A DNA stretch of 64,000 bases from NCBI GenBank assembly GCA_903960135.1, contig CAJBZP010000041.1, positions 909 to 64,908 on the forward strand, written 5' to 3'. The position numbers and the translations under genes were made by a program. This DNA is from an uncultured Actinomycetes bacterium. Lineage in GTDB: Bacteria > Actinomycetota > Actinomycetes > S36-B12. Positions 31,179-38,879 of this stretch are shown here, piece after piece. Position 1 is the first letter of the stretch. Each line of letters begins with the position of its first letter. The notes under the pieces are model-generated. The model was not told the DNA's origin. It saw nothing but the letters and a program-made list of their open reading frames with translations, and made no database searches.

Positions 31179-33539
31179 TTAGTTGACCAACCACCGCCGC
31201 GGCCGCTCGGCGACTTCCTCCTTGGCCACCAAGGTAAGGCGTGGCTTGGGGTCTTCGGTCCGGCCCGCCGGCGGCTTGCGACTTCCTGCCGCATATGGCT
31301 TTGGCCACGGCATCCGGTACCCCTGATCCGCGGCCGCGTGCAAAGTCCACGCCGGGTCATAAAGGTGCGGGCGGCCAAGTGCACAGAGGTCGGCCCGACC
31401 AGCCGCGATGATGGTGTTGATGTCATCCCAACTACTGATTGACCCGACAGCCATGGTCGCAACTTTCGAGATATTTCGAATTCGGTCAGCAAACGGGGTT
31501 TGGTAGGTACGGCCATATGCCGGTCGCGCATTGGCTGCAGTCTGCCCGGTCGACACATCGATGATGTCCGCGCCATGCGCTGCGAAGGCGCGCGCGATCT
31601 CAATTGAGTCCTCGCCGCTCAAGCCATCATCGACCCAGTCGGTAGCCGATACCCGCACACTCATCGGGCGATCGGCGGGCCAAGCCGCCCGCACCGCATC
31701 AAAGACTTCGAGTGGGAAGCGCAACCGGTTGGCGACATCACCGCCGTAGTCATCAGTTCGCTGATTACTGATTGGGGTCAAGAAGCTGGAAAGCAGGTAG
31801 CCGTGGGCCGCATGTAGTTCGAGCAGGTCGAAGCCGGCTTCGGCCGCACGCAAGGTTGCCGATACGAACTCGGCTTTAACCGCATCCATGTCGGCTCGGG
31901 TCATTTCCCGCGGCACCTGGTTTATCGCCTGGTATGGGATTGGCGATGGCGCGATCAGCGGCCAGTTGCCGTCAGCCAGGGGTTCGTCGATGCCATCCCA
32001 CATGAGTTTGGTCGAGCCTTTGCGTCCCGCGTGCCCAAGTTGCACCCCGATCTTCGATGGGGTGGTATGAACGAATTCAACAATCTTGGCCCAAGCCTGG
32101 GTTTGCTCGTCGGTCCACAGACCGCCGCAGCCGGGTGTGATGCGACCGTCGGCCGAGGTGCAAACCATCTCGGTCATCACCAGGCCAGCGCCACCGAGTG
32201 CGCGAGCTCCAAGGTGCACCAGATGGAAGTCACCGGGCACCCCGGCTTCTGATGAGTACATGTCCATCGCCGAGACAACAACCCGATTTGGCAGTTCTAG
32301 GCCGCGCATTCGAAATGGCATGAACATCGGCGGCCTTGCAGTAGTACCGGCCGGCGCCCGGCCCTCGTCAATTTGGTTCTGGAGTAACCAAGAGTCCACC
32401 CGCTCCATGAACTCAGGATCGCGCTCGCGCAGGTTGCCGTAGGTAACTCGACGTGACCGGGTCAAGAGATTGAATGCGAATTGAATCGGCTCCTGATCCA
32501 CGTACTGGGTTATCTCCTCGAACCACTCAAGGGCGGCCTGCGCTGATCGCTGGGTGCTTTCGACCACCGGCCTGCGCTCCCCGTCATAGGCCGCCAGTGC
32601 CTTAGCTACGTCCTGATGTTCGAGTAGGCAGGCGGCTAAGGAAATCGACCCTTCCATCGCCAATTTGGTGCCTGAGCCGATTGCGAAATGGGCGGTATGC
32701 GCAGCATCGCCCAAGATCACGAGGTTCTTGTGGGCCCAGGTCGCATTGCGGAAGGCACGGAAGGTTACCCACCGACTGTTATTGCGCAGCAGCGGTTGGC
32801 CACCTAGGTAATCCTTGAAGATCTCTGCCACCTTGGCAATTGATGGCTCATCACTTTCGCCAATTGGCAGATCCGCAGCCGCGTCAGCCAGCTCCTCGAA
32901 ACCGGCCCGGCGCCAGATATCTTCGTGCATCTCAACGATGAAGGTGCTGCTGTGGTCATCCATCGGGTAGGCATGCGCTTGCATCGTCCCCCACGGGGTG
33001 TCAACAATGAAAAACTTGAACGCTTCATATACAACCGGGGTGCCCAGCCAGATGAACTTGCATTTGCGGAAGTCAACCGTGGTGCCGAACTCGTCTTTGA
33101 AAGTCTCCCGAGTTGCGCTATTGATGCCATCGCTCGCTAGCACTAGGTCATAGTCGGCCATCAACTCATCGATCGGTGGCGCCGGCGTGTTGAAGAGCAC
33201 ATTAACGCCGTTAGCGATCGCACGACGCTGCAAAATCGCGAGCAGGTCGGTGCGACTCATCGCCGCGAACCCGTGCCCGCCACTTGTTAGGACTTCATCA
33301 CGGTAGTGAATATCGATGTCATCCCAGTAGGCGAAGGCCTTGGACATCTCCTCGTAGATGGACGGGTCTGAGATTCGGATACCGGAGAGCGTCTGGTCAC
33401 TGAAAACAACGCCGAACCCAAAAGTATCAAGTGGTGCGTTGCGCTCCCAGACCGTGATGTCGTACTCGGGTTCGAACTGTTTGACCAAGCTTGCGAAATA
33501 GAGCCCACCCGGGCCACCGCCAACGACTGCGATCTTCAT
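31179..33539 (-). CDS. Bifunctional FAD-dependent aryl-CoA monooxygenase / Old-Yellow-Enzyme-type reductase (2-aminobenzoyl-CoA monooxygenase/reductase- or salicylyl-CoA 5-hydroxylase-like)
   Basis: 786 aa. The N-terminal half has [16 protein letters not shown] (GxGxxG) and [18 protein letters not shown] (flavin monooxygenase DG/GD motifs). The C-terminal half has [28 protein letters not shown] and GRPHLYDP, typical of OYE/NADH:flavin oxidoreductases. Confidence 0.8.
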   Translation of the reverse strand: MKIAVVGGGPGGLYFASLVKQFEPEYDITVWERNAPLDTFGFGVVFSDQTLSGIRISDPSIYEEMSKAFAYWDDIDIHYRDEVLTSGGHGFAAMSRTDLLAILQRRAIANGVNVLFNTPAPPIDELMADYDLVLASDGINSATRETFKDEFGTTVDFRKCKFIWLGTPVVYEAFKFFIVDTPWGTMQAHAYPMDDHSSTFIVEMHEDIWRRAGFEELADAAADLPIGESDEPSIAKVAEIFKDYLGGQPLLRNNSRWVTFRAFRNATWAHKNLVILGDAAHTAHFAIGSGTKLAMEGSISLAACLLEHQDVAKALAAYDGERRPVVESTQRSAQAALEWFEEITQYVDQEPIQFAFNLLTRSRRVTYGNLRERDPEFMERVDSWLLQNQIDEGRAPAGTTARPPMFMPFRMRGLELPNRVVVSAMDMYSSEAGVPGDFHLVHLGARALGGAGLVMTEMVCTSADGRITPGCGGLWTDEQTQAWAKIVEFVHTTPSKIGVQLGHAGRKGSTKLMWDGIDEPLADGNWPLIAPSPIPYQAINQVPREMTRADMDAVKAEFVSATLRAAEAGFDLLELHAAHGYLLSSFLTPISNQRTDDYGGDVANRLRFPLEVFDAVRAAWPADRPMSVRVSATDWVDDGLSGEDSIEIARAFAAHGADIIDVSTGQTAANARPAYGRTYQTPFADRIRNISKVATMAVGSISSWDDINTIIAAGRADLCALGRPHLYDPAWTLHAAADQGYRMPWPKPYAAGSRKPPAGRTEDPKPRLTLVAKEEVAERPRRWLVN

Positions 33540-33585
33540 TTATCTCCTTAGGCGTTGGCGGTCCTTCGCCAGATGTTGCGGATTA

Positions 33586-33614
33586 TTGACTGTCGCCAAA
33601 TTAGCGGTATAAAT
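33586..33614 (+). promoter_or_regulatory. Putative promoter of the SDR / RAM-domain genes
   Basis: TTGACT (33586..33591), a 16/17-nt spacer, then TATAAAT (33608..33614), in the 114-bp divergent region shared with the monooxygenase/reductase gene. Confidence 0.5.
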
Positions 33615-33653
33615 AGTCCCACGCAAGCCCAATTAAACAACCTGCAGAAAGAT

Positions 33654-34460
33654 ATGCCCATGGCAACTAATCCCCCGGCCGGCCAGGTAGCCGCACGGTT
33701 CACCGACCAAGTCGCCATCGTGACCGGCGGGGCCGGCGGTCTCGGCCGCCAGATCTGCCTGAGCATCGGCGCCGAAGGGGGCAAGGTCGCGGTCTTCGAT
33801 ACCAATGCAGAGGCCATCGACCAAACGGTTGCGCTCCTTAATGCCGGCGGCACCGAGGCGGTTGGGCACCTGGTCGATGTCCGTGACCACGGCGCAGTGA
33901 CCTCCGCGGTCGCCGCAGTAGCCACCTACTTTGGGCGCATCGACATCCTGATCGCTGCAGCCGGCGGCAGCTTGGCCACGCCACGGGACCTCGCAGATAT
34001 TGCACCCGCCGACCTGGACCTAGTTATCGACGTAAACGTAAAAGGCACCTTCAACTGCGCACAAGCCGTCGTCCCGCACCTGCTGCGAGCCGGTGGCGGT
34101 GCGATCGTCACGTTCTCCTCAATCGGTGGCCGTTCGACCAGCCCGGTGACCGGGGTCCCGTATGCCGCAGCGAAAGCCGCGATCTTAGGTCTAACCCGCC
34201 GACTGGCCCGCGAGGTCGGCCCCGGCGGGATCCGGGTTAATGCGGTTGCCCCCGGCCTATTTCTCACCGGCCGCCTACAAGGCATGTTCGATGACATGAC
34301 CGAGGCCGACCGCTCCGAAGTGCTAGACGGTATCCCCCTTGGACGGATGCCGCAGTTACAAGAGTGCGTGGATCCGGTGCTCTTCCTCGCCTCCGGTCAA
34401 TCCTCATACATCACCGGAGCCGTCCTTGACGTCAACGGCGGCCGATTCATGGCCGGTTGA
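33654..34460 (+). CDS. Short-chain dehydrogenase/reductase (3-oxoacyl / 3-hydroxyacyl-CoA type)
   Basis: Has VAIVTGGAGGLG (TGxxxGxG), NAAG-like AAAGG, the catalytic YAAAKAA (YxxxK) and PGLFLT. The start is ATG 33654 (or 33660); the track ORF 5' extension is rejected. Confidence 0.85.
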   Translation: MPMATNPPAGQVAARFTDQVAIVTGGAGGLGRQICLSIGAEGGKVAVFDTNAEAIDQTVALLNAGGTEAVGHLVDVRDHGAVTSAVAAVATYFGRIDILIAAAGGSLATPRDLADIAPADLDLVIDVNVKGTFNCAQAVVPHLLRAGGGAIVTFSSIGGRSTSPVTGVPYAAAKAAILGLTRRLAREVGPGGIRVNAVAPGLFLTGRLQGMFDDMTEADRSEVLDGIPLGRMPQLQECVDPVLFLASGQSSYITGAVLDVNGGRFMAG

Positions 34461-34768
34461 TCGAGCCCACCTACACTGCATCCATGATCACCGCCCTGTG
34501 CTTCATCCAAGTAGTCCCCGAGCACGTCAACTCCGCGGGCGAGGCCATCGCCAAGATTCCAGGGGTCACCGCGGCCTATTCGGTAACCGGAAAAATTGAC
34601 CTAGTGGCTCTCATCGAGGTACGCACCCACGACGACATCGCCAAGACGGTGACCGATGGCATCTCCAAAGTCAAGGGTGTGCAATCAACAAAGACCCACG
34701 TCTCGTTCCGCACCTTCAATAGTGCTGATCTAGAAGCGGGCTTCGCCCTCGGCGCCGAAGAGGGCTAA
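34457..34768 (+). CDS. Stand-alone Lrp/AsnC ligand-binding (RAM) domain protein
   Basis: ALCFIQV...AIAKIPGVTAAYSVTGKIDLVALIEVRTHDDIAKTV...KGVQSTKTHVSF matches the RAM-domain pattern, and there is no HTH domain. The start is either TTG 34457 (overlapping the SDR stop) or ATG 34484. Confidence 0.6.
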   Translation: MIEPTYTASMITALCFIQVVPEHVNSAGEAIAKIPGVTAAYSVTGKIDLVALIEVRTHDDIAKTVTDGISKVKGVQSTKTHVSFRTFNSADLEAGFALGAEEG

Positions 34769-35913
34769 AGCCCGCTCGCAGCTAGCCGCCCACCCAGTGC
34801 ATCGCAGGCGACCGTAACCCAATGGCGCGGATTCGCAAGGGCAGCGGACACTGAACCGGCGGCCTCGGCCAAGGTCACGACATCGAGCTCAGACTTGATA
34901 CCCAACTCCAGTAATTGAGTTGCGTTCAACGCCGATGAACCAGCGAGGGCAAATACCGGCTTGCCCGCGGCTTTTGCGATCGATGCCACAAAGGCCGGCC
35001 CCTTACCCGCCAAAGTCTGCTCATCGAGTCGGCCTTCGCCGATAATTACCGCATCGGCAGCGGCCACCGCGCCCGCCAAATTGGTTAATTGCGCCAGCAC
35101 CTCGGCACCGGAACGAATCGAGGCACCGAGAACTCCCGATGCAGCAACCGCGAACCCGCCGGCCGCGCCTGCTCCCGGTAACTGCTGCAGCTCACCGACC
35201 GAGAACCGCCCACCAAATCTCGAAACAATGTCACACCAGCGGCCCATCGCGGTATCCAGCCGAAAGCACTCATCCTCGGTAAAACCTTTTTGTGGTCCAA
35301 ATACTTGAGCAGCGCCATGCGGACCACAAGCCGGGCTGTCAACGTCGACCAAAACCGTCCAGGTACACGAATTGAGCAATCGCTCGTCGGCCGGTGGTGT
35401 AATTGACCAAATACGCGCCAACCCCTTCGCGGTCGGTGGCACTTTGTCGCCATTGGCGTCAAACAGCCCGTAGCCAAGGCCGGCCAGCAGCCCTAAGCCA
35501 CCATCTACTGACGCACTACCACCGACGGCGAGCAACAACTCTTTCGCGCCGCCAACCAAGGCGGCATGTGCCGCGAGCCCGACGCCTTGGGTTGAGGTAT
35601 CCCATGGCCTTGGGGGCCGATCCTTAACCCCAGCCAGCCCGCAAATCTCGGCTAATTCGATTACCACGGTGGCAGCTTGGCGAGCCACCTGCGATTTGGT
35701 TGCGCACAGCAGGGCATCGACGGTGTCGACCGGCTCCCCATCGAAGCCAGCGGCGATCAGTACCGAGATGGTTCCGTCACCCCCGTCAGCGATGGGCAAC
35801 TCGGTGACATGCACCCCGGGTAACCGGTGAGCCAGTCCGGTACTTACCAAATGTGCCACCGCACCGGCAGTAAGTGAGCCCTTAAAGGTATTTGGCGCTA
35901 CCAGGACCCGCAT
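34765..35913 (-). CDS. Glycerate kinase
   Basis: MRVLVAPNTFKGSLTA..., ELPIADGGDGT and IIGEGRLDEQTLAGKGP motifs. The start was moved to the ATG at 35913. The 3' end overlaps the convergent RAM-domain gene by 4 nt. Confidence 0.8.
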   Translation of the reverse strand: MRVLVAPNTFKGSLTAGAVAHLVSTGLAHRLPGVHVTELPIADGGDGTISVLIAAGFDGEPVDTVDALLCATKSQVARQAATVVIELAEICGLAGVKDRPPRPWDTSTQGVGLAAHAALVGGAKELLLAVGGSASVDGGLGLLAGLGYGLFDANGDKVPPTAKGLARIWSITPPADERLLNSCTWTVLVDVDSPACGPHGAAQVFGPQKGFTEDECFRLDTAMGRWCDIVSRFGGRFSVGELQQLPGAGAAGGFAVAASGVLGASIRSGAEVLAQLTNLAGAVAAADAVIIGEGRLDEQTLAGKGPAFVASIAKAAGKPVFALAGSSALNATQLLELGIKSELDVVTLAEAAGSVSAALANPRHWVTVACDALGGRLAASGL

Positions 35914-36014
35914 GCCCGAATTGTGCCTGCCTGAGCCGGTCCCGGCACCCCCACCCCGGTGACTTCCCCTGGGGATTTGCGCAAACTTGCGCCCCACTGG
36001 TAGACACCTACCCC

Positions 36015-36557
36015 ATGCGTGTGTTTCGGGCCGGACTTTTCGCCCTGCTGCTGTATATCGCGGCCACACTTTTGCCAACCCTCGCGCACGCTGACCCGCT
36101 GCCGCGCGAGCGAGTACCAGAGATCTCCCTGCCGGTCTCGCCGGTGAAACTTTCGGCTAAGTTCGGCGAGAGTGGTTCCTACTGGGGTGGTGTCCCGCAC
36201 TCAGGTTTGGATTTTGACGGCAACACCGGGGATCCCATCTATGCGGTCGCCGCCGGGGTGGTGCGCGAGGTAGCAACGCGTGGCAGTTACGGCCGCACCA
36301 TCACGATCGCCCACGGTGATGGCGTGGCTTCGATGTATGCGCACCTGGCAAGCACCGAGGTAAAGGTCGGCCAGCAAGTTAAGTCGGGTGAGCGGATCGC
36401 CCAAATGGGTGCCACCGGGAATGTCTCCGGATCCCACCTGCACCTTGAGATTCAACTACGTGGGGCACCGACTGATCCTTATGGCTTCCTGTTCGCCGCA
36501 AACCCAGGCAGCGTCAGCGAGCCGCCGGGCTGGGCTTGTCGGATCTACGGATGCTGA
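36015..36557 (+). CDS. M23-family (LytM-type) peptidoglycan metalloendopeptidase, secreted
   Basis: Signal peptide MRVFRAGLFALLLYIAATLLPTLAHA, then HSGLDFDG (HxxxD), ITIAHGDG, SMYAHL and ATGNVSGSHLHLEI (HxH). Confidence 0.8.
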   Translation: MRVFRAGLFALLLYIAATLLPTLAHADPLPRERVPEISLPVSPVKLSAKFGESGSYWGGVPHSGLDFDGNTGDPIYAVAAGVVREVATRGSYGRTITIAHGDGVASMYAHLASTEVKVGQQVKSGERIAQMGATGNVSGSHLHLEIQLRGAPTDPYGFLFAANPGSVSEPPGWACRIYGC

Positions 36558-38810
36558 TCAGAGTTTTTCAACCGGTGCATATCTAAGCAACAATCGCTTA
36601 ACCCCTGATGAACCGAAATCAATGGTGGCATCAGCTTTAGCGCCCACTCCTTCGGCCGAGATGACAGTGCCCAGGCCAAATCGCTCATGCGTAACCCGAT
36701 CACCGGCCTCTAGCACGATGGTTGGGGCGTCGCCACCTAGGCGCTCATTTAGGCGCTCATTTAGGTTGAGCGCCGCTCGCGTGCTGGCCGGCGACGACCC
36801 AAACCCATTTTCGCCAATGGGCCTGCTCATGGGCTCCTCGCGCTCCCACTGCACGTCTGGGATCTCCTCTAGGAAACGCGATGCCGGGTTATAGGAGGGA
36901 GTACCCCACGCGGATCGTGAAATTGAACGAGTCACGTAAAGGCGCTCTCGTGCCCGGGTAATGCCGACATAGGCCAGCCGGCGTTCCTCTTCAAGTTCCG
37001 TTGGATCACCCAGGGACCGCGAATGCGGGAAAATACCGTCTTCCATGCCAGTTAGGAACACGACCGGGAACTCAAGTCCCTTAGCCGTATGCAAAGTCAT
37101 TAACGTGACTACGCCCCCATGCTCATCACGGTCGGGTATTTCGTCGGCATCGGCCACCAGCGAGACTCGCTCCAGAAAATCCGTCAGTGTGCCTTCTGGG
37201 TGCTCGTTCGCAAACTCCTGCGCCACTGACTCAAGTTCCGCCAAGTTTTCAATCCGGGTTTCATCCTGCGGATCAGCCGAACCCTGTAATTCGAATAGGT
37301 ACCCACTTTGCTCTAGCACCGCCTGCAGGACCATGGCGGCATTGGCCCCCGACTCAACGATCGTGCGTAGGTCAGACAGCATTCGCGTGAAAGCCTCGAT
37401 ACTGGCCAGTGATCTGGTTGCCACCCCCGGAGCCTCGGCGGCCCGATCAAGTGCTGCAGCGAACGAAATACCGGCCCGCTGGGCAAACGCATCGACCATG
37501 GCTTCGGCGCGCTCCCCAATTCCGCGCTTGGGCACATTGAGAATCCGACGTAATGAGACTTCGTCAGTTGGGTTGGCAAGTGCTCGCAGGTAGGCCACGG
37601 CATCTCGCACCTCGCGGCGCTCATAGAACCGCACCCCACCCACAACTCGGTATGGCATCCCCACCCGAATGAAAATATCTTCGACCGACCTCGACTGGGC
37701 GTTCGTGCGGTAGAACACTGCCACATCACTGGACAACAGGCCCACTTCATCGCGCAGGCGCTTGATCTCATTGGAGACGAATGCCGCTTCGTCATGTTCA
37801 TCATCGGCGACATAACCGATGATCGCCGTGCCAGCGCCGGCATCAGTCCACAAATTCTTGGCCCGCCTGCTGCTGTTGCGCGAGATTACCGCGTTGGCTG
37901 CCGTGAGAATAGTCTGGGTTGATCGGTAGTTTTGCTCAAGCACGATAGTTGTGGCATTGGAATAATCCCGCTCGAACTCTTCGATATTGCGAATTGTCGC
38001 GCCACGAAATGCGTAGATCGACTGATCGGCATCACCAACAACACACAACTGCCCTGCTGGTAACTCTGGCGTACCGGGACCAACCAACTCCTTGATTAGC
38101 ACATACTGTGCGTGATTGGTGTCCTGGTATTCGTCGACCAGAATATGTCGAAACCGCCGCCGATAATGCTCTGCGACATCGGGGAAGAGTTGCATGAGTG
38201 CGACGGTTGCTGAGATTAGATCATCGAAGTCAAATGCGTTGGCGCGCTGCAATCGGCGCTGGTAATCTCGATAGGCCTCGGCAAGAGTCTGCTCCATGTG
38301 ATTGACCGCTTGCCGAGCGAATTGCTCGTAGTCGATGAGTTCATTCTTCAGATTCGAGACCTGGCCCAAGAAGGCACGGGGGCTAAATCGCTTTGGATCA
38401 AGATCGAGCTCGCGGATCACCATGGTCATCAAGCGCAAAGAGTCGGCCTGATCGTAAATCGTAAAGGTGCGGCTGACCCCCAAGCGACCGGCTTCAGCAC
38501 GCAAAATCCGCACGCAGGCACTATGGAAGGTAGATACCCACATCGCTCGAGACGAGGCACCGACCAGCTCGGCTACTCGCTCCTTCATTTCACCGGCTGC
38601 CTTATTGGTGAAGGTGATGGCGAGGATTTCAGTTGGCTGGGCGTCGCCTGCTTCCAGCAAATGGGCGATTCGACGGGTCAGCACCCGGGTCTTGCCAGAA
38701 CCAGCGCCGGCCACGATCAACAGTGGGGTAACCCGGTGCTCCACGGCTGCTCGCTGTGCGGGATTTAGATCCGCAGTGAGTTCTGCCATGGCATTAGCGC
38801 TGGGTGTCAC
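36558..38810 (-). CDS. pcrA: ATP-dependent DNA helicase PcrA (UvrD/Rep superfamily 1)
   Basis: 750 aa with LNPAQRAAV, AGAGSGKTRVLT (Walker A), ILVDEYQDTN, VGDADQSIYAFRGA, LEQNYRS, TLHTAKGLEF and YVGITRA motifs. Confidence 0.9.
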   Translation of the reverse strand: MTPSANAMAELTADLNPAQRAAVEHRVTPLLIVAGAGSGKTRVLTRRIAHLLEAGDAQPTEILAITFTNKAAGEMKERVAELVGASSRAMWVSTFHSACVRILRAEAGRLGVSRTFTIYDQADSLRLMTMVIRELDLDPKRFSPRAFLGQVSNLKNELIDYEQFARQAVNHMEQTLAEAYRDYQRRLQRANAFDFDDLISATVALMQLFPDVAEHYRRRFRHILVDEYQDTNHAQYVLIKELVGPGTPELPAGQLCVVGDADQSIYAFRGATIRNIEEFERDYSNATTIVLEQNYRSTQTILTAANAVISRNSSRRAKNLWTDAGAGTAIIGYVADDEHDEAAFVSNEIKRLRDEVGLLSSDVAVFYRTNAQSRSVEDIFIRVGMPYRVVGGVRFYERREVRDAVAYLRALANPTDEVSLRRILNVPKRGIGERAEAMVDAFAQRAGISFAAALDRAAEAPGVATRSLASIEAFTRMLSDLRTIVESGANAAMVLQAVLEQSGYLFELQGSADPQDETRIENLAELESVAQEFANEHPEGTLTDFLERVSLVADADEIPDRDEHGGVVTLMTLHTAKGLEFPVVFLTGMEDGIFPHSRSLGDPTELEEERRLAYVGITRARERLYVTRSISRSAWGTPSYNPASRFLEEIPDVQWEREEPMSRPIGENGFGSSPASTRAALNLNERLNERLGGDAPTIVLEAGDRVTHERFGLGTVISAEGVGAKADATIDFGSSGVKRLLLRYAPVEKL
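36739..36762. repeat. Perfect 12-bp tandem duplication (in frame, C-terminal region of pcrA)
   Basis: AGGCGCTCATTT occurs twice in tandem and encodes LNERLNER. Confidence 0.95.
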
Positions 38811-38879
38811 TGCTTCATCGTAGGCATAACGCCTGACATGACTTGTTGCCGGCTCGCACTGGCTTAACCGGGCCGAGGG

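Noticed and set aside
35914-36014. Possible ydaO-type (c-di-AMP) riboswitch upstream of the M23 cell-wall hydrolase gene
   Set aside because: Such riboswitches often precede actinobacterial cell-wall hydrolases. However, the available leader is only about 100 nt, and I could not recognise the conserved pseudo-symmetric ydaO core. It would need a covariance-model (Rfam) scan to settle.
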